Shown here one piece after another: positions 20,439-28,606 of a stretch of DNA of 64,000 nucleotides. Both the position numbers and the translations under genes were made by a program. Source of the stretch: an uncultured Actinomycetota bacterium. GTDB taxonomy: Bacteria; Actinomycetota; Actinomycetes; Actinomycetales; Dermatophilaceae. The first letter of the stretch is position 1, and the number at the start of each line of letters is the position of its first letter. The DNA is taken from positions 1,191 through 65,190 of the forward strand of contig CAVRMT010000027.1 in the NCBI GenBank assembly GCA_963722015.1, written 5' to 3'. A model generated the notes under the pieces. That model saw only the letters and a program-made list of their open reading frames with translations. It did not search any database and was not told the origin of the DNA.

Positions 20439-21648
20439 GTGCGCGACGCGGCAGAGGGCGTCCGCACTGCCCTGCGCGTCGTCGTCCGCGATCACGGACG
20501 TCGAGTGGCCGAGGACCCGACCAGGGTTCGCGCCCTGCTCGTCGACGCGCTCGGGCCCGACGCCCGCGAGGCGCGCGCTGAGCTCGATGCCGTCGTGGTC
20601 GCCGCGGAGGAAGGCGTCCCAGCGGCGGTGGGCGCATCCCCCAGCGCGAAGGCGGATGCTCGAGCTCGCCTGGAGCAGCGTGGTCTCTCGCCAGCCATGG
20701 CACGTGTGGCCGTGCACTGCTGGGACGCCGTCCTGGTCACCGACCCGGCGGCGAGCACCGCCGGGGTCAGCGCTACAGCGACCGTCTCCGGCACCCGTCC
20801 GGTGGATGGACCGGGCGGTCGACCTGCTAGTCGGCCTGCTCGTCGGCCGGGCAGTCGGCCCGGCGAACCACGGTCCAGGCAGCCAGAACCGTTGGCCGCC
20901 ACGGAGATCCCGACGCCACCCCCGGTGCGCGGACCGACCGTGGTCCCCATGGCCGGGGAACCCAGGACGCCGGGGGCCCAGGCCGACGGACTCGGCCACG
21001 ACGTTCGGGACCCCGACCGGACCATGGATCCGCGCCGACGGCTCCCGGTGCTGACCGTGCATCGAAGCTCGATGGTCGTCGCGGGAGCGGCTGCGCTGGC
21101 GGTCGCCTTCAGCGCGGGGCTGCTGGGCCCGGGAGTGCTCGATGGCAGGAACGGTACGGCCCAGCTCACGGCCAGCGGTGTGAGCCCCACCGCCCCGACG
21201 GTCACCGCGACCTCGGTGGTCAGGGTCACCACGGTGCGGACCCAACCCGTGACCCGATCGGTGACCAGGACCGTGACGGTCGATGCGAGCAAGCTCAAGG
21301 CGGTCTCGGACCGATACACGACCCAGCCCTACCTGTCCTGGTCGGGCAACAAGACGTGCGCACTCAAGGCCCCGTCGGCCAAGACGAAGGCCTACGCCTG
21401 CTACGGGATCTACCACATCAGGGCGACCGGGAGCCAGAAGTCGTGGAAGGTGCTGTCCGCCACCGTGACCGGCAAGGGCCGGGTCGAGCCGGACGGCACC
21501 GACATCAACTACTACTACGCGGTCAACGGTCCCTATGCGGCCACCGTCTCCTTCGTGATCGGGTCAGGCAGCTATCGGAGCAAGGGGACGCTGCGGATCC
21601 AGATGGACTGCAACCCGCAACCTCCCCTGCAGCAAGGCGCTGCCCTGA
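20439..21648 (+). CDS. Membrane protein: shared N-terminal domain + TM + Thr-rich stalk + Cys-containing beta-rich domain; apparent +1 frameshift at ~21614 causes read-through into WXG100
   Basis: ALRVVVRDHG..PTRVRALLVDALG..AEEGVP..CWDAVL. Removing one C gives a DCNRNLPCSKALP* end (TGA 21646-21648) that parallels HCNTNYACFG* in the 6815 paralog. Confidence 0.65.
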
Positions 21649-21755
21649 CGGCCGCCCCGGACCGAGGTCTTCAGCGTCTCTTCAGCACCAGACGGTTTCG
21701 TCATCCCATCACCACCCGCCCCGGCACCCGCCGGGCCTCACCAAGGAGAAGCACC

Positions 21756-22016
21756 ATGGCCATCGCCGGCGACCTCGAGCAGCTCATGACCCTTCAGCAG
21801 GTCTTCATCCGCAACAGCCAGTCGGTCGAGGAGCTCAGCACCTCGATCCGCTCGCAGCTGCAGAACACGCGTTGGGAGGGACCGGCTGCGGACCGCTTCC
21901 GCACCGCGTGGAACACCGAGTTCGAGACGGCCCTGCGCCGCCTCGGCGAGGCCCTGTCCGACTGCTCGTCAGAGGTGAGCCGCCGTCGTGAGGCGCTCGC
22001 CCAGGCCGGCAACTGA
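21756..22016 (+). CDS. WXG100 family type VII secretion target (86 aa)
   Basis: Own AAGGAG RBS and ATG; central WEGPAADRFRTAW; helical heptads. Confidence 0.9.
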   Translation: MAIAGDLEQLMTLQQVFIRNSQSVEELSTSIRSQLQNTRWEGPAADRFRTAWNTEFETALRRLGEALSDCSSEVSRRREALAQAGN

Positions 22017-22027
22017 CCATCGCAGCC

Positions 22028-22318
22028 GTGTCCATCAACGGTGTGGCGGAGGACCCCGCTTCCCTGCGCAGTGCCGCGTCGCAGCTTCGGCGCGAGGCCG
22101 ACGTCGTCGCCACCTCCGCGCGGTCCACCTCGCAACGCGTCGCGGCCATGGCCTATGCCGGCCCTGCCGCGGAACAGTTCCGGACGGGCATCGCCACGGC
22201 CGGGTCGAACGCAGAGCAGATCGCTGCCCGGCTTCTGGACCTGGCCGCGTGGCTCGACACCTGCGCCTACCAGGCCGAGGTCGAGATCGCTGCGCGACGT
22301 GCCGCGGGGCTCCCGTGA
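22028..22318 (+). CDS. WXG100-like protein (YAG variant, 96 aa)
   Basis: DPASLRSAASQLRREA...AYAGPAAEQFR; adjacent to WXG100. Confidence 0.78.
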   Translation: MSINGVAEDPASLRSAASQLRREADVVATSARSTSQRVAAMAYAGPAAEQFRTGIATAGSNAEQIAARLLDLAAWLDTCAYQAEVEIAARRAAGLP

Positions 22319-23467
22319 GCGCGCCGCCCGTCGCCGGGGTCGCGACGTGGACCGGAAGCGACGTCCTGTATGCGTCCGACCCCACCAGCGGTGCTTCGGT
22401 CACCCTCTGGACCGTCCCCACGAGTCCGGCAGCGACCCAGGGGTCCGACGGCCGTCAGGCAGACCTCGACGTCCTGCTGCGCGGGGTTGCCGACGACCAT
22501 GCCGGGTCGGTCCTCCAGAGCGGTGGCTGGCTCGCCGGGGCGATCACCGAACGCGAGGATGGTGCCGGCAGCAGCTACCTGCTCCGGCAGCTGACACCCT
22601 TGGCCGGGCAGCAGGACCTCGCAGTGGCGGGTTACTGGACCACACCCTCCGGAGTGAGCGTGGCGGTCGCCACCAGTGCCACCAGAGAACAGGCGACCGA
22701 GCCCTCGACTTCCCGCCGACCTGGCACGGGTCCTCGACGACTTCGTGGTGGCCAGCTTGCCGACCTTCACGCTGAGCGCCGAGGAGGTCCTGGTGCTCTG
22801 CCACCTCACCGGCCTCGCGAGCCCGCCGGTCAGCCCCAGCTCGTACACCGCGGAGTCCTCCGAGGAGGTCCGCGACGCCGCCCACGGAAGCGCGCTGGCC
22901 TCGCTGCTCGCCCGTGGCTTGCTGCTGCCTGGCGACGAGGGACTGCGCCCGATCCCTGCACTGTACGAGTCGCTGCACCTGCTCCTGGAGGGCGACCGCT
23001 CCGTGCTGTTGTCCGTCCAGCGGCCTGACGGCGACAGCACGGTCCTCCTCGGCGGTCGCAGGGGGCAGCTCGTCGAGCTCAGCCCCGGCGAGCACGGGAC
23101 CCTCGTGCTGTCCCGGACCGGGGGCCTGCACCTCCATCGTCGGTACACCGCGTGGCTTGCCCCCCGCGGTACAGCCGTTTCCCGGGGAGCACCGTTCCGG
23201 GCGTCGGTGGACGCCCTCCGGGCTGCCGCGTCGGTCGCTGGTACTGGCTCCTCGGACCTGTCTGCGCGACAGGTGGTGACGCTCCGCGGTCTGCACCGAG
23301 GGGGCGAAGAGCTGTCCGTCCTCGACTCGACCTGGCTGGAGGACCTCGACGGCTTCCTGTGGTCCGTGTCCGCGACCGAGGACCCCACCAGCGTGCTCCT
23401 GACGCCCGTCCACACCTCCGCGCCCGCCGAGGCCCTGCGCGACGTGGTCGACTTCAGCAAGCCTTAA
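22315..23467 (+). CDS. Hypothetical protein with a C-terminal EspG-like chaperone region; apparent +1 frameshift at ~22700 (or two genes)
   Basis: GTGA overlap with the upstream stop; second-frame segment TLSAEEVLVLCHLTGL..P..ALASLLARGLL..LYESLHLL resembles the EspG N-terminus. Confidence 0.5.
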
Positions 23468-23523
23468 GCGGCCTGCAGTCGACTGCAACCACGCCCGAAG
23501 CCACTACCGGAAGGGAGGGCCCC

Positions 23524-24174
23524 GTGAGCTGGATCAGACTGGACCCCCAGGAGCTCAGCACCGCAGGTGTCCAGCTGCGCGACGTGGGGCTCGCCCTCGA
23601 CGGCGCCCAGCAACGTGTCCGCGCCGCCTGTTGCACGGCGGGACTCGGTCGGCACGCTGGCCCCCTCATGGCCGAGGGCGACGCGATCGCGACCTCCATC
23701 GTCCGCATCACCGAGGACTACCTCAGGCTTGCGATCGACACGGTGGCCCGAGCGCTGCTGGCGATGAGGGAGAACGCCCTGGTGACCTCCGTACCTGCGG
23801 TCGGGGCGATCCTCCCCGCGACGGGGGGACCGTCGGACATCGTCAGCACTCCTACCGGCCCCAAGGACTGGAGGCTGTGGGGCATCGACCCCGTCAAGGG
23901 GATCCACCCTGCGTTCTTCGCCGGGTCCAGCTTCCCCTCCGTCTCCGGCTCGGTCGTCCCGAGTGGCGGGGGTTCGACGGACCTCGTGGCGCAGATGGTC
24001 AACAACCAGGTGACCGCCAGGATGGTGAAGGGGCTCGACGCGCGGATGGGTGTCATGACACCGGTCGGCCTCCCTCCCTCGTTCAGCGCCCTCAAGAACT
24101 ACCAGGACAACGTGTCCGCCCTCGGCTACCAGGGAGTCCGCGCCGAGACCTACCGCAACAAGACCGGCTACTGA
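23524..24174 (+). CDS. Putative type VII substrate 1 (helical N-terminal domain with ACC motif)
   Basis: GTG with GGGAGG RBS; SWIRLDPQELS...RVRAACCTAGLGRHAGPLMAEG; paralog of the next gene. Confidence 0.7.
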   Translation: MSWIRLDPQELSTAGVQLRDVGLALDGAQQRVRAACCTAGLGRHAGPLMAEGDAIATSIVRITEDYLRLAIDTVARALLAMRENALVTSVPAVGAILPATGGPSDIVSTPTGPKDWRLWGIDPVKGIHPAFFAGSSFPSVSGSVVPSGGGSTDLVAQMVNNQVTARMVKGLDARMGVMTPVGLPPSFSALKNYQDNVSALGYQGVRAETYRNKTGY

Positions 24175-24189
24175 GATCGGAGGACGACG

Positions 24190-25047
24190 ATGACCTGGAT
24201 CCGGCTCGACCCCAACGAGCTCGGCGCCGTAGGCGCACACCTTCGCGACGTCAGCGCCGCCCTCATCGACTCGGCAGCCCGGGTACGCACCGCCTGCTGC
24301 CTGCCCGGGCTGGGCCGGTACGCCGGGCCCTTGATGGCCGAGGGCGAGACGGTGGCCATGCAGACGGTCGCCGTGACCGAGGGCTACCTGCGCCTGGGGA
24401 TCGACATCCTCCAGCGCGCGATCATCGCCGTGCGCGACGGTCAGCTGGTCTCAGCGGTCGGGAACGTGGGCGCAGGCATCGTCGCCGCCTCGGTGGTCGG
24501 CGGGGGCGGACCGGCGTTCGTGGGAGGGCTGGTGCTCGGCAGCGCCACCCCCACGACGAGTGTGATCGGTGGCTCGGCCACGATCGGCGGCCTCGTCCTC
24601 GGCGACGCGACACCCATGACGAGCGTCATCGGCGGCTCGGCCACGATCGGCGGCCTCGTCCTCGGCAGCGCCACCCCCATGACGAGCGTGATCGGTGGCT
24701 CGGCCACGATCGGCGGCACGGTCATGGGCGGCGGCGGGGCCATGGCTGGTGGCGTCATGGCCCTGGCCCAGGCTGGTCAGAACTCCCAGAACCGCCAGAC
24801 GGCCATCCTCGACCGGTTGCGGGCCCAAGGAGGCCTGACGGCACCGGCGGGCAACCAGGCACTGGGCGACTACTTCACCCGCCAGGCACTCGACCGCATC
24901 CGGGACAGTGAGATTCGCACCGCCGCCAACAGCCCCATCGCCGGATATCCCCAGGCGCAGGCCGCGGACGCCACCGACTTCGGTGGCCGGGTCAGGGCCC
25001 TGGACAACGAGCGGTTCTACGAGCGCAAGCGCCTCGGCCTCACCTGA
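24190..25047 (+). CDS. Putative type VII substrate 2 (same N-terminal domain, Gly-rich 21-aa repeats)
   Basis: GGAGG RBS; TWIRLDPNELG...RVRTACCLPGLGRYAGPLMAEG. Confidence 0.75.
   Translation: MTWIRLDPNELGAVGAHLRDVSAALIDSAARVRTACCLPGLGRYAGPLMAEGETVAMQTVAVTEGYLRLGIDILQRAIIAVRDGQLVSAVGNVGAGIVAASVVGGGGPAFVGGLVLGSATPTTSVIGGSATIGGLVLGDATPMTSVIGGSATIGGLVLGSATPMTSVIGGSATIGGTVMGGGGAMAGGVMALAQAGQNSQNRQTAILDRLRAQGGLTAPAGNQALGDYFTRQALDRIRDSEIRTAANSPIAGYPQAQAADATDFGGRVRALDNERFYERKRLGLT
24523..24717 (+). repeat. Three 63-bp coding tandem repeats (GGLVLG[S/D]ATP[T/M]TSVIGGSATI)
   Basis: Seen in both DNA and protein; copies differ mostly at synonymous positions. Confidence 0.9.
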
Positions 25048-25091
25048 ACCACCGCCCGGGCCCCCGAGCGGCGGTGTCGGCGAGTGACAGC

Positions 25092-26072
25092 TCAGGCGTG
25101 GCCGTCGAACAGGCTGGTGACCGACCCGTCCTCGAAGACCTCCTGGATCGCGCGGCTGATCAGGGGGGCGATCGACAGCGTCGTCAGCTTGTCGAAGTCG
25201 TGCGCCTCGTCGATCGGCAACGTGTCGGTGACGATGACCTCGTGGGCAGTGCAGGCCTTGAGTCGCTCGATCGCCGGCCCGGACAGGATCGCGTGCGTGG
25301 CGGCGATGACGACCCCGGCCGCACCCTCCTGCATGAGCGCGTCGGCGGCCTTGGTGATCGTGCCCCCGGTGTCGATCATGTCGTCGACGAGCACGCAGAT
25401 GCGGCCCTCGACCTCACCCACCACGCGGTTGGCGACGGTCTCGTTGGGCCGGTTGATGTCGCGCGTCTTGTGAATGAAGGCCAGCGGGGCACCGCCGAGG
25501 CGCTCGGACCACTGCTCGGCCACCTTGATGCGCCCGGCGTCGGGCGAGACGACGGCGAGCTTCTCGTGGCCGTACTTCACGCGCACGTACTCCGACAGGA
25601 TCGGCAACGCCATCAGGTGGTCGACGGGACCGTCGAAGAACCCCTGGATCTGCGCGGTGTGCAGGTCGACAGCCATGAGCCGGTTCGCTCCCGCCGTCTT
25701 GAACAGGTCGGCCATCAGGCGGGCCGAGATCGGCTCGCGGCCACGGTGCTTCTTGTCCTGGCGGGCGTAACCGTAGAACGGCAGCACCACCGTGATCCGC
25801 TTGGCGGAGGCGCGCTTGAGCGCGTCGATCATGATGAGCTGCTCCATGATCGCCTCGTTGAGCGGGGCGGTGTGGCTCTGGATGACGAACGCGTCGGAGC
25901 CGCGCACCGACTCCTCGTACCGCACGTAGATCTCGCCGTTGGCGAAGTCGTAGGCACTGGTGGGCACCAGCTCGGTCCCGAGCATGCGGGCGACGTCCTG
26001 CGCGAGCCCGGGGTGGGCACGGCCCGAGAAGACCATGAGGTTCTTCTCGGTGGTCTTGAGGATGCCGGTCAC
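25092..26072 (-). CDS. prs: Ribose-phosphate diphosphokinase
   Basis: FANGEIYVR, YGYARQDKK, DLHTAQIQGFF, VSPDAG, VDDMIDTGGT. Confidence 0.98.
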   Translation of the reverse strand: MTGILKTTEKNLMVFSGRAHPGLAQDVARMLGTELVPTSAYDFANGEIYVRYEESVRGSDAFVIQSHTAPLNEAIMEQLIMIDALKRASAKRITVVLPFYGYARQDKKHRGREPISARLMADLFKTAGANRLMAVDLHTAQIQGFFDGPVDHLMALPILSEYVRVKYGHEKLAVVSPDAGRIKVAEQWSERLGGAPLAFIHKTRDINRPNETVANRVVGEVEGRICVLVDDMIDTGGTITKAADALMQEGAAGVVIAATHAILSGPAIERLKACTAHEVIVTDTLPIDEAHDFDKLTTLSIAPLISRAIQEVFEDGSVTSLFDGHA

Positions 26073-27553
26073 GCCTGGCCCTGCCCTTCGGTGGAGTGTT
26101 CGGTATGCCGCGTGGTCGCGGTCGCGTCCTGCGCCGCCTGGGCGGTCCTGGTGCCGGCGCGCGCCTTGGCGACCCAGCCGTCGATGTTGCGCTGGCGGCC
26201 ACGGGCCACCGCGATCTGCCCCGGTTCGACGTCGTCGGTCACGGCCGACCCGGCGCCGACGTAGGCGCCGTCACCGATGGTGACCGGCGCGACGAGCACC
26301 GAGTTGGAGCCGACGAAGCTGTGGCTGCCCACCGCGGTGTGGTGCTTGGCGACCCCGTCGTAGTTGGCGAAGATGGTGCCGGCGCCGATGTTGGCGCCCT
26401 CACCGATGGTGACGTCGCCGGCATACGTGAGGTGCGGGACCTTCGCGCCGTCGGCGATCTTCGCGTTCTTGGTCTCGACGAAGCCGCCGATCTTGCCCCG
26501 GGGGCCGAGCTCGGTGCCCGGGCGCAGGTAGCTGAACGGGCCGACCGTGGCACCGGCGCCGATGACGGCGAGCAGGGCCTCGGTGCGCTTGACCTCGGCC
26601 CCCTCCCCCACCTCGGTGTCGGTGAGGGTGGTGTCCGGGCCGATCACGGCGTCGGCGCCGATCGTCGTGGCGCCGAGCAGCTGGGTGCCGGGCAGGACGG
26701 TCACGTCGCGACCGATGGTCACGTCGGTGTCGATCCACGTGGTGTCCGGATCGACGATGGTGACGCCCTCACGCATCCAGCGTTCCGTGGTGCGGCGGTT
26801 GAGCTCCTTGCCGAGGCGCGCGAGCTGCACCCGGTCGTTGACGCCCTCGGTCTGCCACAGGTCCTCGATGAGGTGGGCACTGACCCGGCCGCCGGCCGCG
26901 CGGGCGATGGCCAGGACGTCGGTGAGGTACTTCTCGCCCTGCGAGTTGTCCGTGCCGACCTCGGCGAGCGCCCTGCGCAGGACGGCTGCGTCGAAGGCGT
27001 AGATGCCCGAGTTGATCTCGGTGATGGCCCGCTGCTCGTCCGTGGCGTCCTTCTGCTCGACGATCCCCTCGACACCACCGTCGGCGTCGCGCAGGATCCG
27101 GCCGTACCCGGTGGGGTCGGCGAGGTGTGCCGTGATCACCGTCGCGGCACTTCCCGAAACCACGTGCTCGGTGAGCAGCGCCAGCAGGGAGTCACCCGCG
27201 AGCAGGGGGGTGTCCCCATACGTCACCAGGACGGTGCCGTCGAGGTCGGCAGGCAGGACGTCGAGGGCGCACTCGGTGGCGCGGCCCGTGCCCTTGACGT
27301 CGTCCTGGTCGGCGATGACGGCGGACGGGTCGACCTCGGCGACGTGGGCGGCGACGCGGTCACGCTCGTGGCGGACCACCACCGCGAGGTGCTCGGGCTG
27401 GGCCGCCCGGGCTGCCGCGATCGCGTGGCCGACCAGGGTGCGGCCCCCGATCCGGTGCAGGACCTTGGGGGTCGAGGACTTCATCCGGGTGCCCTCACCT
27501 GCGGCGAGGACGATGACTGCAGCGAGTCTGGGGGTGCCGTGGGGGGCGTTCAC
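26069..27553 (-). CDS. glmU: Bifunctional UDP-GlcNAc pyrophosphorylase / glucosamine-1-phosphate N-acetyltransferase
   Basis: VLAAGEGTRMKS..PKVLH, PTGYGRI, EINSGIY, hexapeptide repeats, KVPHLTY, NYDG. Confidence 0.97.
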   Translation of the reverse strand: MNAPHGTPRLAAVIVLAAGEGTRMKSSTPKVLHRIGGRTLVGHAIAAARAAQPEHLAVVVRHERDRVAAHVAEVDPSAVIADQDDVKGTGRATECALDVLPADLDGTVLVTYGDTPLLAGDSLLALLTEHVVSGSAATVITAHLADPTGYGRILRDADGGVEGIVEQKDATDEQRAITEINSGIYAFDAAVLRRALAEVGTDNSQGEKYLTDVLAIARAAGGRVSAHLIEDLWQTEGVNDRVQLARLGKELNRRTTERWMREGVTIVDPDTTWIDTDVTIGRDVTVLPGTQLLGATTIGADAVIGPDTTLTDTEVGEGAEVKRTEALLAVIGAGATVGPFSYLRPGTELGPRGKIGGFVETKNAKIADGAKVPHLTYAGDVTIGEGANIGAGTIFANYDGVAKHHTAVGSHSFVGSNSVLVAPVTIGDGAYVGAGSAVTDDVEPGQIAVARGRQRNIDGWVAKARAGTRTAQAAQDATATTRHTEHSTEGQGQA

Positions 27554-27750
27554 GCGCGGGGACTCCAGGAATCTGGTGGGGTGCGACGGGACGGGCGTCA
27601 TGCTACCCGCCGGTCGGGCCCTCCTCGCTCCGCGGCCGACCAGGACACCGCTGAGGAGCGGTATCAGCTGTTCGGCCGAGTTTGGGGGCTTGCGTCCGGG
27701 TGCGAGCTCCCCAAAATGCGGATGGTCCGGCTGGACCTCACAGTAGGGAC

Positions 27751-28077
27751 ATGACGGAGATGGCACCGCAGTCCCAGCTCCGCCACGAGCGGGAGCAGGA
27801 GCACGGCGCCGAGCTCGACGCCTTGCTGCGACAGAGTGCCCTCGGGGACGCGACGGCCTTCGGCGCCCTGTACGACCGGACGGTGAGCAGGTTCTTCGGC
27901 CTCGCCGTGGCGATCCTGGGCGACCACAGCCGTGCGGAGGAGACGACGCGCACCGCCTACGCGCAGATCTGGGCTACGTCGCCGGTGTTCGACAGCGGCG
28001 AGCACCGCTCGCTCAGCTGGATGACGACGATCGTCTACGAGCTCGCCTGTACGGCTCGTACCGCCCGCGCCACCTGA
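27751..28077 (+). CDS. ECF sigma-factor region-2-only protein (SigK-like), truncated
   Basis: LLRQSALGDATAFGALYDRT..FGLAVAILGD..RAEETT..AYAQIW....FD....SLSWMTTI; stops before region 4. Confidence 0.65.
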   Translation: MTEMAPQSQLRHEREQEHGAELDALLRQSALGDATAFGALYDRTVSRFFGLAVAILGDHSRAEETTRTAYAQIWATSPVFDSGEHRSLSWMTTIVYELACTARTARAT

Positions 28078-28098
28078 GAACGAACTCGACCGCTCCGC

Positions 28099-28180
28099 CC
28101 GGGTTGGCGCGCCGGTCGATGCGCCGGGTTGGCGCGCCGGTCGATGCGCCGGGTGGGCGCGCGGGGTGGCGCGCCGGGTT
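28099..28180. repeat. 25-bp tandem repeat CCGGGTTGGCGCGCCGGTCGATGCG (2 full copies plus degenerate ones)
   Basis: Seen directly, between the converging sigma-like gene and arsC. Confidence 0.8.
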
Positions 28181-28596
28181 CAGTGCCTGACGGCGGGGAT
28201 GTCGAGCTCGCCGAGCAGGGTCAGGACGCGTGCCTTGATCTCGTCACGGATCGGCCGGACCGCCTCGACTCCCTGACCTGCCGGGTCGTCGAGGACCCAG
28301 TCCTCGTACCGCTTTCCGGGGTAGAACGGGCAGGTGTCACCACACCCCATCGTCACCACGACGTCCGACTCCTCGACCGCCTCGGTCGTGAGGACCTTCG
28401 GCTTCTCGGCCGAGATGTCGATGCCCTCCTCGGCCATGGCGGCCACGGCGGAGGGGTTCACCCGGTCCCCCGGCGCCGAGCCGGCCGAGCGCACCTCGAC
28501 GGCGCCGCCGGACAGTCGCGTCAGGTAGGCAGCAGCCATCTGGGAGCGTCCGGCGTTGTGGACGCAGACGAACAGGACACTGGGACGCTCACTCAT
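28180..28596 (-). CDS. arsC: Arsenate reductase (LMW-PTP fold)
   Basis: VLFVCVHNAGRSQMA, TMGCGDTCP, DWVLDDPAG; next to acr3. Confidence 0.93.
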   Translation of the reverse strand: MSERPSVLFVCVHNAGRSQMAAAYLTRLSGGAVEVRSAGSAPGDRVNPSAVAAMAEEGIDISAEKPKVLTTEAVEESDVVVTMGCGDTCPFYPGKRYEDWVLDDPAGQGVEAVRPIRDEIKARVLTLLGELDIPAVRH

Positions 28597-28606
28597 CGTG
28601 GTCCTC

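Noticed and set aside
20439-22016. Genuine receptor-WXG100 fusion protein of 525 aa
   Set aside because: The WXG100 part has its own AAGGAG RBS and ATG, would lie outside the membrane if fused, and a one-base correction restores a paralog-like stop.
4417-25091. Island as a prophage, ICE or other self-mobile element
   Set aside because: No integrase, transposase, relaxase or phage structural genes and no flanking direct repeats seen; the FtsK protein has T7SS-type architecture.
28092-28104. GCTCCGCCCGGGT as an att duplicate of the tRNA-Gln 3' end (GCTCCCCGGGT)
   Set aside because: Short gapped match in very GC-rich DNA, not at the islet edge, and no integrase is present.
28099-28180. 25-bp repeats as a CRISPR array
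   Set aside because: Units are contiguous with no spacers, and no cas genes are present.
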